This document shows, piece by piece, positions 12,311 to 26,175 of a stretch of 64,000 nucleotides of DNA (its first letter is position 1; each line of letters opens with the position of its first letter). A program made the position numbers and the translations under genes. Source of the DNA: Octopus vulgaris (taxonomy: Eukaryota); contig OX597818.1 in the NCBI GenBank assembly GCA_951406725.2, positions 129,518,001 through 129,582,000 of the forward strand, read 5' to 3'. The notes under the pieces were generated by a model. That model was not told where the DNA came from and ran no database searches. It saw nothing but the letters and a program-made list of their open reading frames with translations.

Positions 12311-12745
12311 AATAATAATAACAATCATGGTTTCAAATTTTGGCTCAAGGCTAGCAATTTATGGGGAGGGATAAGTCGATTGCCTTGACCCCAGTGCTCA
12401 ATTGATACTTATTTTACCAACCCCTAAATGATGATGAAAAATAAAGTCAACTTTGGTAGAATTAGAACTCAGATCATTGAGATAAGGAAGAGATGCCATT
12501 AAGCATTTTGCAAATGATTAAGCAATATGCAAATGATTCTGTTGGTTCAATAATAATAATAACAATGGTTTCTTTTATTATACCGTTAATTCCACAAGAA
12601 TGAAGTGGTAGTGGGGGGATGGGGAGATGTTTTAAGACCAAATTACTAAATGATGGTGGATTTTACATCAAACAAGAACCAAAAAATATGAAATATTTAC
12701 AATGAAATGGCCTGGAGAGAGAGAGAAAGAAAGTGATAGATAGAT

Positions 12746-12779
<34 letters not shown>

Positions 12780-13261
12780 TGAAAGAGAGTGAGATGGATG
12801 GAGGAAGAGTGAGAGGTGGGGGAGAGAGAGAACTACAGCTTGAGGGCCAATCAGAAAACCAGACATAAATCACGGACTGCTTTCTAACTCCCACAGGCAA
12901 GTTGTACCTTCTTTCATTTATGTAGTCCCTGGCTTACAGCACAAGTTGAGAGCAAGTCCATCTAGACCGTACACACTATTCATACCCATCTTTTAGTAAC
13001 AGACTTACTGGAAAACAGCATTTCTCTTTCTACCCTCAATCGCTTCTTCAAGTGTTACTTGAAAAAATATTGATGGAAGTACTTGATTGTTTTAATCTTT
13101 TATTTTTGATGGTGCTTTTTGTGGATTACAGTCAGTTACAACAAATCCTGCACTTGACTGATGTTTATTTTATTGATCTCAAAGCAAAATTGGAACTTAT
13201 ATTCAGTGATACTTTTACTTGCTTCAGTTATTGGATTGCAGCCATGCTGGGGTATTATCTT

Positions 13262-13662
13262 CAATGCTGGATTAACCATTAAGCAAAATAAGCACATGCT
13301 TAGAGCATCAAGAGAAGGAGGGGTCACCACAGAAATAGTAAATGGTTTATGACACAAAAGAAATCACTTTAAACTTGCTAAAACAATTTTCGGGATGCCT
13401 TTATCTCTACTTAGTATTGACGCAGATGTGTTACCTAAGATTAATTTTGAGGATCTGATCAAAGACTTTGCAATTCAAAATAGTAGGAGGAAACTTTTCA
13501 AATATAAATAAAGTGGAAGAATACAAAAATAAACATTATTTTCCCTCTTTTGCTTTGTTTTGAAAAATAATTTATTTTATGATTTTGAATTACATAATCT
13601 CTTATGGGGGCACCAAAATCTTTCAAGTGTTTAGGGCCTCTATGAGTCTCAATCCGGCCCTG
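13262..13662 (+). mobile_element. Non-autonomous hAT element with transposase C-terminal relic
   Basis: Ends caatgctggatt / aatccggccctg; 8-bp TSD attatctt/actatctt; internal LSLLSIDADVLPKINFEDLIKDFAIQNSRRKLF (hAT dimerisation-domain end); splits a SINE A tail. Confidence 0.8.
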
Positions 13663-13912
13663 ACTATCTTGAAGGATTTAGTCAAACAAATCAACTCCAG
13701 CATGTATTTCTTTAACACTAAAAGTACCAACATTTCTGACTTCCTACAAGAACCATAGCAGTCATTTTCAACTGGCATTGAAAATCTTTATTTAATACAA
13801 TTTATTTAAAATATACTGTAAGCTAATGCAGTGAAATATGCAAGCTTATGCAGTGAATAAAGGATTTAAAAATATAGTCTTTTAGTATTTACTTGTGTGC
13901 AAAAATATATGC

Positions 13913-14262
13913 AGGTGTAGGAGTGGTTGTGTGGTAAGTAGCTTGCTTACCAACCACTGCGTGGCACCTTGGGAAAGTGTTTTCTACTATAGCCTTGGGC
14001 CGACCAAAGCCTTGTGAGTGGATTTGGTAGATAGAAACTGAAAGAAGCCCATCATATATATATATGTATATGTTTGTTTGTGTTTTTCCTCCCACTATCG
14101 CTTAACAACCAATGTTGGTGTGTTTACGTTCCTGTAACTTAGCAGTTCGGCAAAGGAGCCCAATGGGACGAGTACTAGGTTTACAAAAGAATAAGTCCTG
14201 CGGTTGATTTGTTTGACAAAAGGCAGTGCTCCAACATGGCCACAGCCAAATGACTAAAACAA
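13913..14262 (+). mobile_element. SINE family A (older copy)
   Basis: Homology to 47009-47402. Confidence 0.85.
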
Positions 14263-14341
14263 TGCATGCCATCAGAAGAATCACCAAATTGGGTTCCGTG
14301 GGTTCTTCACAAACTTTCTGAATCTAATTGTGCCAAGGCTA

Positions 14342-15320
14342 CATGTTGAAATGGCAACAAACATTACTTCTCAATATAGTTATTACTTTCATCTCCTATA
14401 GACATTTTCTAACTAGCTGCTTTGCTTGTCACAAGACCAGTGACTGATTTTGCCACTTATTTTCTTATTATTGGGAGCTGGAGTGAACTACTGTTATCTC
14501 TAGCAGACAAGTGTCCAGCACTGAGGATGGGTAAAAATAGTCTGAAACTAGCCTGGTCTGCTGGTCCTACCAAGTTGCTAAAAAATGGTGGAGGTTCACT
14601 CCCTTGCTTGCAATATATGTCAGGTGCAGATTGCATTGATAACTAGCTGGAGGATGCTTCCTCTTGGGGTTAAAAATAGTTGTAACATCAGTTCATATGA
14701 AAAAGCCATGTTGAAATGGCAACAAACATTACTTCTCAGTATAGTTACTCCTTTCATCTCCTATAGACATTTTCTAAGTAGCTACTTTGCTTGTTGCAAG
14801 ACCAGTAGCTGATTGTTGCTTGGTTTTTTTACATATTGCTTGCTGCAGTGAACTACTGCTATCTCTAATGGACAGCCTGAAATGGGCAAAGACAGCCTGA
14901 AGCCATCCAAGTCTGGTGGTCCAGTTAAGTCATTAGAAGATGGTAGGGGTTCACTCCCCTGCTTGCAGTATATATCAGGTGCAGATAGCATCATTAACCC
15001 TTTAGCTTTTAAACCGGCCTTATCCGGCCAAAAGTACTCTGACCAGATCTGGTCTCTCACACCAACCCTACAATATCATTCTAACTATTAACAGTTACCT
15101 CATCAAAATCTCAAAGCTACAACATAATGTATGATTAGTTTAAAACAATATGGATAAAAATGGATTAATTTTGGCAGAATAATGCAAACACTAAAGGGTT
15201 AACTAGCTAGAGGAGGCATCCTCTTGAGGTTAAAAATAGTAGTAATGTCGTATGGAACAGTCCTGTTGAAGTTATGACAAACATTATTTCTCAGTATAGT
15301 TATTATTTTCATCTTTTAAA
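14342..15320. repeat. Diverged ~366-bp tandem repeat (two full units plus the start of a third)
   Basis: catgttgaaatggcaacaaacattacttctca recurs at about 14342, 14707 and 15262. Confidence 0.8.
14998..15198. mobile_element. piggyBac-type MITE
   Basis: TTAA-ccctttag...ctaaaggg-TTAA; absent from the homologous position of the neighbouring repeat unit. Confidence 0.85.
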
Positions 15321-15591
15321 GGGGATTTTCTTACTAGTTACTTTATTAGTCTCAATTTTGTTTATCATTAATAAAGAGGTGTGGTAAAAAGCTTCTACTA
15401 ATTTTTGGGGGGTGGGTATGTGACATACAACTGTTAATTTTGAAACCATTGTGCTAGATGATATTTACCCAAAGTTACGGTTGTCACATATGATTGAACC
15501 CTGAACCGTGTGGTTGTAAAATGAATGATTTCTAACATGAGCACATGACCACAAATTCTGGCAGAATAATATGTTTGATTAATATCCATCC

Positions 15592-15967
15592 AGGTACAAT
15601 GGCCCAGTGGTTAGGGCAGCGGACTCGCGGTCGTAGGATCGCGGTTTCGATTCCCAGACCGGGCATTGTGAGTGTTTATTGAGCAAAAACACCTAAAGCT
15701 CCACAAGGCTCCAGCAAGGGATGGTGGTGATCCCTGCTGTACTCTTTCACCACAACTTTCTCTCACTCTTACTTCCTGTTTCTGTTGTACCTGTATTTCA
15801 AAGGGCCAGCCTTGTCACACTCTGTGTCATGCTGAATCTCCTCGAGAACTATGTTAAGGGTACACGTGTCTGTGGAGTGCTCAGCCACTTACATGTTAAT
15901 TTCACGAGCAGGCTGTTCCGTTGATCGAATCAACCGGAACCCTCGTCGTCGTAACCGACGGAGTGCT
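15592..15967 (+). mobile_element. SINE family C, tail type 3
   Basis: Same head as 6876-7179; tail matches 54430-54812. Confidence 0.9.
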
Positions 15968-17541
15968 TCCACCACTTCAGTGGTGCGTATTTGGTCAACT
16001 CTAGAAGAATGAAATACAATAGTGAATCCTTGTTGGATTTGAACTCAGATTGCAAAGAGATGCATGTAAATACTTCAGTTAATGGCAATAATTAAAATAA
16101 TATTAATTACATTGATAACAAGAAGGAAACTATTGTAAGAATTGTTAATAGAATCTGAATAGTACAATAAAAGAAGAGTGAATACAAAAATGTACCATTG
16201 CCTGCAGATAGTAAAACTGTACGCTACAACAACTCACCATTTTTGAATTAGATGAGTTAACCTGAATATCTATCGTTGTCCTGAAATAATAGTGAAACAT
16301 CAAACTAGATAACGCCAATACAAACTACCAAACACAACTTTGATAAATTATAAAAGAAATATGACAACGCAAAGTACTAACTTTGTATTGTTGGCTTTGC
16401 TGATGAGAATTGGCAGAAAATAAATGACAAAAAAATTAAAATGTAATAATAATATAAATAAATGGAAAATAAAAGGAAATGAGAATGAGAGAGAGGAGGA
16501 AGTGAAAACAATTTGAAATATTCAAAAGTAACATTTTGTTCAAAATTTTCAAAGAACTTCCTCAAAGAAGGAAACATTTTAACAGATTGTTTGTTCATAA
16601 TTTCGATGCTACCCATATTGAATTTAAAAATTTGAAATTTGAAATACATTATCTATGAAGCTTATCACAGCAGCAATAACAACAACAACAACAACAACAA
16701 CTATTACTATCACTACCACTACTAATAATAATACTATAGATTCTGCAGTAGGTTAATTCATGGGTAAAAGTGTGGCACGAATATACCATTCTTTACTATA
16801 AACACAAAATGTTCTATGCTATTAAACAAAACACGACTAATGTCCTATTGTGCTGCCTCCTTTCTTCAGCATGCAACAAAGACAAGTGATGCAGTCACAT
16901 ATTGAATGAAGAGGTGCCCCACAAAAGAGCTGTGTGTACTCAGTCTGCAAGTCATTGTGATAAACCTTTTAATACAGTATTGCCTACAAGCATGTCCATG
17001 TGTGTTTGTGTTGAAAGTATAACAAAAACATGACTAGAAGATCTGTTTCGTTGAAAATTGTACAAAACTTTGAATTAAAAAAAAAAAAAAAGTATTCTGT
17101 GTAATTTAAAATATAAATGAAAATCAAGAATAAAAAGGAAGAAGGAAAGAGAGAAGAGATAAAAAAGCAACTTTTTTGTGGAATATAAACTACGGTAGGT
17201 GGTGCATGGCAGGTTGTGGAGGGTTGTAGTGAGTTTTAGTTTTGTACAAACAGAAAAATGTGCCGAGCTATTGAAAGAAATAAGAATGGTGAAAGTGCAG
17301 AATAAATAAAGATGCCACAATGGTGGGAACAGTGCTTTGGTATTGTAACACACGGCCCGGGATTTAAGATGAACCTTGAATACTTTGGAAGTAGTTGTTG
17401 ATGATGTTGATGATGATAACAGTAAATGAAGAAGAAATTGAAGGAAGATGAAATAAAAATTGCACACCTCACCTCCCTATCAAACACACAGAGACACATA
17501 TAGCAGACACTTACAAACATATACGTACACAAACGAAAGAA

Positions 17542-17573
<32 letters not shown>

Positions 17574-19156
17574 TAATAATAGTAATAATTTTTGCTCCCC
17601 TACTCCTGCAACTTAAAATAATATTATTTTGAAGGAGAATTTAAGACTTAAGTGCAGTCTCCTCAAGGGAAACCAATCTTTGGTAATTCTTTGAAGGGAT
17701 AAAGCAAGCCTAGATTAAAAGCTGTTCTATTTTGCTATCATTTATATTTAGATGAATTATTATTTTTTTTATCTATTTCTCCCTTATATCTTTTTGTCTT
17801 TTTTATTTTTATTTTTCATTTTTATTTTTTAATTTTAATTTTTTTTTTACTGTGTGTCATTGTTCTGAAATCCAACACGATATAATTCTTTCGAAAAATG
17901 GAATGAAAAGTAAATTCTTATTTTACTTGTAAAATAAGATTTTAATTTTTTTTTATTCAATTTAATTATTATTGTTAATTTTTAAAAAATATTGCTTTAT
18001 ATTATTTTATATGTACATATATATTTGTTTATTTATTGGTGTGGTGTGTAGAAAGAAAAGAAATTAGCTTTAGTTAAAATAGGTGCTGAAGAAGACTTCC
18101 TTTAAATAGTTTTACTATAAATATACACCCATTAATTTATTCAATACCCCACCACCAAAAAGCAATATATATATATATATACACACACACATACACAGAT
18201 ACTAAGAAATAAAATAACTAAAATAAGTAAAATATACCAAAAGAAAACAATATAATGAAAGATGCGTTAATAATGAAAAAAATATATATTTTTAGTGAAA
18301 GAAGAAATAATGGAAACATCAACAACAAATCAAAATAACAATCGCATCAACAGCATTAGTGTAAGAGAATCAAGAAAGCATTGAATTAAAATTCTTCAGA
18401 AAGCCAAAAAAAAAATAATAAAAAATCAAAGAAAGGGAGAGAAAGGAAAGGAGAGAAATAAAATATAGACAAATATTTGAAATAATTTTAAAAAAAGCAC
18501 AAATATGATGCAAATAAAAAAAAAAAACCTATCACCCTCACCAAGGAACTTCAGAAACAATCTTGAGAATGTTTAAAGAGTTATTATTTTGGTTCTTTCT
18601 GAGTGTCGGTGAATTTAGAAAATGAGCAACAACAATTTAAAAGCACCCACTTCCAACAGCTTCCACACACACACACGCTGCAAAAAGATCAACAACAACA
18701 ACAACAACAGTAAAAAAGGGGCGAATGAGATGACTCCTTAATGTCTTGAACTTACTGCTGATTCATAAAGTAAGGAATTTTATTTTGATGAACAACTTTT
18801 AATTTGTATCCCTCTCTCCCCCCTCTCTCGTTATCTGTGTGTGTACGTGTGTGTGTGTTTGTGTGTCTAAAGATAGGTTAAATGAAGCTGCAATAATGGA
18901 GGTTGAAACTACGGGACCAGAGAATCATAACTGCTCTTGACTACGCTATAACCATAATGTAAGCTCAGGAGCGAAGAAATAGAAGCTGTAGAATTTTATC
19001 ATCACAGATGTGCATAGCAAGTGTTCCATTTTACGCAGGTGACTACGCTCAAAACTGGGATTATTAGAGATGTCTTACTGCCCTATGTACAGGTCATTGG
19101 GAAGGAACTAAAGGGTACTCTAACTTTTTCCCTCACAATGAATACTCTACCTTTAA

Positions 19157-19368
19157 CCCTTTTGTTACCAACCCGGCTGAAACCGGCTCTGGCTCTGAGT
19201 ACAAATGTCTTGTTTTCATAAATTTTGAATTAAAATATTACACCAAAACTTAGTCACAGTTTATGTTCTGAACACTACCTTAATGGTAACTAAGTTATTT
19301 TCTTTGTTATATTTAAAGTAATTGAAAGAAATGCAGAGCATTTCAAAATAAATACAGTAACAAAAGGG
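19157..19368. mobile_element. piggyBac-type MITE
   Basis: TTAA-cccttttgttac...gtaacaaaaggg-TTAA. Confidence 0.85.
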
Positions 19369-19781
19369 TTAAGTATCAAGATCCCTGATCTATATTGCCA
19401 AGAAAAAGTACCTGTGCAATGAAGCTTTAGAGAAGTGTTTGGGGTGCATATTTCCAATTATCAGTATCTTTGCTATGAAGAAAATAGATCCTGTGGAATG
19501 AAATATTCAAGAAATTGGTATCTCCTCCTAATTGTAAGAAACTGCCATATATCTAGTTGTTGGAAACTACCTTAAAAGTATTACTGTAACTGGATTTTCT
19601 CTTTGGACGTATGTTCCTATCCTCTGTCTACAAGGACTCACTCGTAAGGCAGCAGGACAGTGCAAATGAGTTTACCTAACCCCAACTAAGAAGTACTATC
19701 TACTTTTTCCTTTGATAACTGTTCTGATAAGAACTAGGAGTACATCAGTCCCAAAGTTGCAGTAGAATGAGATCCCTCATC

Positions 19782-19867
19782 TTGCAATTATATGCAGGGC
19801 TATCATAGAATATACTCAAATGAGCTCATTTGAGTATATTCTATGACAGCCCTGCATACAATTGCAA
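19782..19867. repeat. 86-bp spacerless palindrome
   Basis: ttgcaattatatgcagggctatcatagaatatactcaaatgag|ctcatttgagtatattctatgacagccctgcatacaattgcaa; 2 mismatches. Confidence 0.95.
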
Positions 19868-20041
19868 ATAATGGTTCACAATAATGTCATTTGACTTTTT
19901 GACAAACATTGTTTTCATCTTGCATGATTCTTGCCAACCCTTTTCACCTAGTTGACCTGGTATCTGTGCTGGTATTTTCTGATGATGTAAACATGTAATA
20001 GGTTGTACTGGATTACATATTATCAGGTACTCACAATGTGG

Positions 20042-20080
<39 letters not shown>

Positions 20081-21747
20081 GAAATGTATAGAAAAGCAAA
20101 AGACGAAGACAGGTGTATGAACAACAAGCAAGTGTATTAATTTAACACTCATTGCTTTTATGTTAAACCGTTGTATGTCCAAATTTGGTCAAATGCGTTT
20201 TGTTTTTCAATATTTCATTTTGCTTGCAATAACCAGTTCTTTTGGTTAATCTATCGTATCTTCAGCTGCTTCAGATGCCAAGATATGAAAATTGTCAAAG
20301 TGTAGTACAACAATTTAGCATTTTTCAAAAGTGTAGTAAGTCCCACATACAACAGTTTTGCGAAAATATTTCTGCCTGAAAATATCATACATGCATAGAG
20401 TTGCGATTTTATGCATCCAACAAAGTATTATTTTTAAGCTGAAACTGTTGCTAATGTAAAAAGAAATGGAATGGTGAAACCATTTTTTCATTTCTTGAAA
20501 AAGCAACGTTTTGGACTTATGACACTTTTATATAATAGCAACGCTATATATATATATCGGTACAATAGTACCTTCCTACCTACTTACCTACCTTTTGTAC
20601 CATGCTCCATACTATGGAACAAACTCGAATATAGAATCTATTAAAAATACATTATGATGTATGATTTATATTATTTGTAAAACTGATGAATAAAAATTTT
20701 AAATTGTATTAATCATTGTCTTTTACTGGTTTTGGATTGCAGCCAAGCTGGGGTATCACCTTTAAGGGTTTAACTGAGCATATGAACCCTGATAATTATT
20801 TTTAAGCTTATCCATATGTATTTACTGAACCACAATCAACAACATACCGTTTCTGTCTATCAAATTTCACTTAAAGTATTAATCAACTCAAGGCTATAGT
20901 AAAAGAAACTTGCCTAAGAAATTATACAATGAGACTGAACCCAGAACCACATGGATATGAATCAAAATTTTAACCACTGCCATGTCTGTGCCTGTATTAC
21001 TGATTTTTTTTAGAATCTATACTTGAATAAAGCAGCTACTATACTCTATAAGTTATAACTATGGATTTAAATCTCAGAATATGAATTTTACTTTAATGTG
21101 AAAATAAGGATGTAAAATCCTATATTAGAATTTGTTAAAACTTTACCAACATACGAGTAGCAGAATAATATTATAATAAATAGCTTATGTCTTCAATTTC
21201 ATTCTTTAGTTAAAATTGCTTACTTTTGTACATGAGATGGAAAATAAAAGATTACATTCTCATGGTAGAAGACGTCATGAGTAACAAATATTAAAAGATG
21301 ACGTTGGTAACTTTCAGGGATTTTGCGTCCCTGCAGATTCAGTGTTGCCTCTGTGAGCTTTTACGGCATCTAAAGAATCAAATGTTTACCTGAAAATTCA
21401 ATTTCCAAAGTAATAGTTCATAGTTTGCTCTAAACTTCCAACCATCTTACAGTTTTCAAAATAAGTGTTTATATATATATATGTTATTTATTTAAAGGAC
21501 ATAATAGATGACTACAAATGCTACCAATACTTCCATATGTAGAGAAATATCTCAGACATATTCTTCAGGCACAAATCACATCTCATAACGAATTAAAAAA
21601 TAAAATAAGAGAAGAAATGCAAAAAATCTGAGAAACATACAGAAAACATGGAAGGTTAAAAAAATGGAAAATGAAAGCACAAAAATAGTGCTCATAAAGT
21701 ATATACTCTCCTTTGCATTATATATATATATATATATGTATGTATAT

Positions 21748-21995
21748 AATAATCATTATTTGAGGGAATAAAATCCAAACTTACAAGTAAAAAAATTCAA
21801 TTTAGACATACTAGATCAAATTTCACACAACATAATATATATATAAAAAATTATATACGTTTTTATTATTATTTTTGCAATTTACTTAATCTTTACATTT
21901 TATTGTTATTTAAATTTTAACTTTTCTATTATATGTAATTTTCTAGATGGTCTAATTTAATTGTTCATTTTGAATTGATAAAAGGTAGTTTTTTC

Positions 21996-22000
<5 letters not shown>
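21748..22000 (-). mobile_element. (TA)n-embedded element, opposite-strand homologue of 59963-60112
   Basis: gagggaataaaatccaaacttacaag..ttgaattgataaaagg is the reverse complement of 59975-60100. Confidence 0.75.
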
Positions 22001-22066
<66 letters not shown>

Positions 22067-22850
22067 AAGGAAATGAAGAAAATGCTGACAAAATAATTTA
22101 AGTAAGGGAGAGTGTATTTAATTAAGTGAAAGTTCTTTTTACCGGTTGCGCATTTGTTATGCTTATCAAAAGATATTTTTTTAAGAGAGATAGAGTTCCT
22201 TTCTGATAGATTTTTTTTTCGGTGTCGGTGTGCATCAGAAGGTCTTGTATTATTTAATAAAGTTAACAAAAACAGTACAGTGCACTTGCCATGGGAAGCG
22301 GGAAAACCCAGCATTCTGAACAGAATCCTTCTTCATGGAAAAGTTGACAAGAGAAAAATTAAAGAGACAGCAGTGTTTTACATTTCTTTCCTGAAGAAGG
22401 ACTGTCTGACATGTCAGATTTTTCATTCCCCATACCAAGTTCACCTCACTCTTTTTTGTTGATTATATATTCTAAATGGCAGAATCGTTAGCACACTGGA
22501 TTAAATGTTTAGCGGCATTTAGTCCATCTTTACGGTCTGAGTTCAAATTCTGCCAATGTCAACTTTGCCTCTTATCCTCTCAGGGTCAATAAATTAAATA
22601 CCAGTGAAACACTGGGGTCAATGTAATTGACTAGTCCCTTCCCACCAAACGTCAGGCCTTGTGCTTACAGTAAAAAGGATTTCGATTGTTGTTATTATTA
22701 TTAATTTTATTATTATCTAAAATAGTTTGATTTATCTCTAAGTGACTTAACATTTCATGAGCCTCTGACAGAAACCTGTCCCTTCCAGGCTTAGATTATA
22801 CTTAATATGTTGAGTGCCTTTTTCTTTCATTCACTTGTGTATATCTATAT

Positions 22851-23082
22851 CTATTTCTTTACTACCCACAAGGGGCTAAACACAGAGAGGACAAAGGACA
22901 GACAAACGGATTAAGTCGATTATATTGACCCCAGTGTGTAACTGGTACTTATTTAATCGACCCCGAAAGGATGAAAGGCAAAGTCGACCTCGGCGGAATT
23001 TGAACTCAGAACGTAGCAGCAGACGAAATACTGCTAAGCATTTCGCCCAGCGTGCTAACGTTTCTGCCAGCTCGCCGCCTTA
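22851..23082 (-). mobile_element. SINE family B, young copy
   Basis: Near-identical to 4074-4298. Confidence 0.9.
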
Positions 23083-23090
23083 AATATCTA

Positions 23091-23158
<68 letters not shown>

Positions 23159-23700
23159 GACTTTGCCTTTTTAATTCGTTATCTATCTATCTATCTGTAC
23201 ACACACACACACGCATATATACATATACATACACACACACATATATATACATATATATTTATACATATATGAGTTTGAAGCAATATATTACTTAGGTGGA
23301 TACCGTGGTGGCTCTCATTTGAGTTCTAGGTTACAGCTAACCACATCAACTGGTATTTAACGTCTATAAGGTGACGAGCTGACAGAAACATTAGCACGGT
23401 GGATGAAACGTTTAGTGGTATTTCAGCTGTCTTTACGTTTTGAGTTCAAGTTCCGCTGAGGTCGACTTTGCCTTTCATCATTTCAGGGACAGTAAATGAA
23501 GTACCAGTTGAGCACTAGGGTTGATCTAATCGACTGGTCGCCTCCCCCAAAATGTCGGGCCTTGTGCCTAGAGTAGAAAAGAGTATTTATTGTCTAAGAC
23601 TGCTATTAGTTGTCAGTCACTCTGTAAATTCTTTTGATGGATAATTCCATGTTTGCTTCATTAGACAGTAATATTTTCTGGAGTATATATTATCACTAAT

Positions 23701-23817
23701 TATAATGATATAGAATATGGAGATTTGTTCATCCTCAGAATATATTTTCTCTTAATTTTCTTGTAAAATAAGAGAAAATAAATTCTGAGGATGAACAAGT
23801 CTCCGTATTCTATATTG

Positions 23818-23822
<5 letters not shown>
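23701..23822. repeat. Inverted repeat, ~54-bp arms, next to (TA)n
   Basis: tagaatatggagatttgttcatcctcagaat.. / ..attctgaggatgaacaagtctccgtattcta. Confidence 0.9.
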
Positions 23823-23854
<32 letters not shown>

Positions 23855-24773
23855 CACACATATATATTTGCATATATGTGCATGTATGAATGTATATATG
23901 TGCGTGTATGAATGTATATATGTATGTGTGTATGTGGAGGGGGAGGCATGTGTAAGTATCCTTCTTGCTGGAGAGAGGTTCACTTCAGGCAGGGGGGGGG
24001 GTGATGTTTTGGAAAATTTAGGATTCCACTTCAAGGTGTATTTGGAATAGAATAATTATTTGCTTCTTTTTACTCCATTTCTTCTCCACCATCAAAACCA
24101 ATGTCATCAGTATCTCTACCAATTCCTCCTCCTAGCCTATCCCCCCCGCTTCTTCCTTCTCCCCACCCATATCCACCAAATAAGGGAATCTATTCTTTTT
24201 ATTGTAGAAGATAAAGATTAAGGAAAGGAAAAAAAAAACAAAGAAAATTAAGACAGCAGGTAGAAGATGGTAAAAAGAGACAAAAGGAAACGAAAAGAAA
24301 TAAAAGATAAAATAAGGATAGAAAGAAAAATGCTAAGGAGAAAGAATACAGTGTGCTTGTGTGTGTGTGTGTGTGTGTGTGTGTATTTGAGTGTTTGTGC
24401 TTCTGTGTCTACAAAGAGTGGAAAATCTTTTATGTCAGTCATGTTTGTTTGTTTCTAACTGTGAAGTATTCAGTGAATTTGTTGTACAGTTCTTTAAAAA
24501 CAAGGACCCCCCAACAAACGGTATTATCTTGTTGCGATTGTCAATCTATCTCTCTTGTTTTTCATGCACTAAAATAGCTTGGGTTGTAAAATGTGTAAAG
24601 CCTACAGATATACTGTGACTAGGAGCCTGTACATGGTCACAAGATCTGCTAAATATATCAGACAAATATACCTCAAATCACATCCTACTGTCATACAAAG
24701 GAATTGTTAAATGAACAAGGAATTCCACTGTGTGGTTTGTTAATATGCTTAAAATAGTTGCAGGAGTGGCTAT

Positions 24774-25180
24774 AGGCGCAGGTGTGGCTGTGTGGTAAGT
24801 AGCTTGCCTACCAACCACATGGTTCTGGGTTCAGTCCCACTGCGTGGCATCTTGGGCAAGTGTCTTCTGCTATAGCCTCTGGCCGACCAATGCCTTGTGA
24901 GTGGATTTGGTAGACGGAAACTGAAAGAAGCCTGTCGTATATATGTATGTATGTGTATGTATATGTTTGTGTGTCTGTGTTTGTCCCTCTAGCATTGCTT
25001 GACAACCGATGCTGGTGTGTTTACGTCCCCGTCACTTAGCGGTTCGGCAAAAGAGACCGATAGAATAAGTACTGGGCTTACAAAGAACAAGTCCCGGGGT
25101 CGATTTGCTCGACTAAAAGCGGTGCTCCAGCATGGCCGCAGTCAAATGACTGAAACAAGTAAAAGAGTAAAAAAGAGTAA
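24774..25180 (+). mobile_element. SINE family A, full length
   Basis: aggcgcaggtgtggctgtgtggtaagtagcttgc ... aagtaaaagagtaaa. Confidence 0.92.
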
Positions 25181-25481
25181 ATCACCCTCAAATCACAACC
25201 TACTATTTTACAAATGAAAGCACAAGCCGATGAGAAAGGACTCCTACATGATGGTGATGGTATGGTCTCCTAGAAACAGAAGCCAATTTTCCCTCGTCTT
25301 GTAAAGTAAAGCACAAATCAATGATTGAGAGCTCTATCTGGTTACATGATTTGCTAGAAACAGAAGTTAAGTTTCTGTCAAATCAAACAAGAAATCTTAC
25401 AAAGGAAAGAGCAAGCCAATGTGGAATGCCTCTATGTAGTTGTTCGACCTGCTAAACATAGCAGACACATGTCTCTCATAT

Positions 25482-25660
25482 CATAACAATGTTAGCTGAC
25501 ATGTTAAGTAAGACTGGATATGGATACAAATGCTTTGGTAGAATAAGCAACCATCTTTTGCATATAAAAGACCTTAAGTTATAGGTTGCAGATGACAAAC
25601 TAGAAATATTACTGGAGATAGTATAAATATCTACCAAGAAATCAATGTGAGATTTAGAAG
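25482..25660 (+). pseudogene. Decayed R4/Dong RT fragment (YxDD region)
   Basis: LSKTGYGYKCFGRISNHLLHIKDLKL*VADDKLEILLEIV resembles ..GY..INHLLYMDDLKLYA.. Confidence 0.7.
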
Positions 25661-25944
25661 AATATGTCATGATAGTCTTGAAGAGACGAGATCACAGAAT
25701 TTTGTCAGCGAACAGGTCGTGGTCTCAAAGCGACGAAAATATTTCGACAAATTAAATTTAAATGTTGTAGTGAATCTAATGGTTTTTGTGTGTTTCTTAA
25801 ATGGCTTATAAACACCTTCCACGCTGCAATTGTTTTCAGTCCAGCACACAATCTCAGATCAGGTCACTTGCTATGCAAGTACATCTTAATTTTATGCTAT
25901 ATAAAAGAAAGCAAGAGAAGAGAATTATAGCAAACATGAACATA

Positions 25945-26117
25945 CAGGCACAGGTGTGGCTGTGTGGTAAGTCGTTTGCTTCTCAACCATATGGTTCTGG
26001 GTTCAGTCCCACTGCATGGCACCTTGAGCAAGTGTCTTTTACTATAGCCTTAGACCAACCAAAAGCCTTGTGAGTGGATTTGGTTGACAGAAACTAAAAG
26101 AAGCTCATCACTCCACC

Positions 26118-26175
<58 letters not shown>

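Noticed and set aside
12840-12960. CCAAT box after a GA tract as a promoter
   Set aside because: Single short motif with no associated gene.
15592-15665. tRNA genes at SINE heads (also 47009, 48212, 52981)
   Set aside because: No intact acceptor stem or cloverleaf; each continues into a multi-copy or repeat body.
23785-23800. CTGAGGA in the 23701 inverted repeat as an HHR core
   Set aside because: No downstream stem II or GAAA.
25670-25760. HHR-like ttgaagagac..gtctcaaag
   Set aside because: Core too degenerate and no stem I or III.
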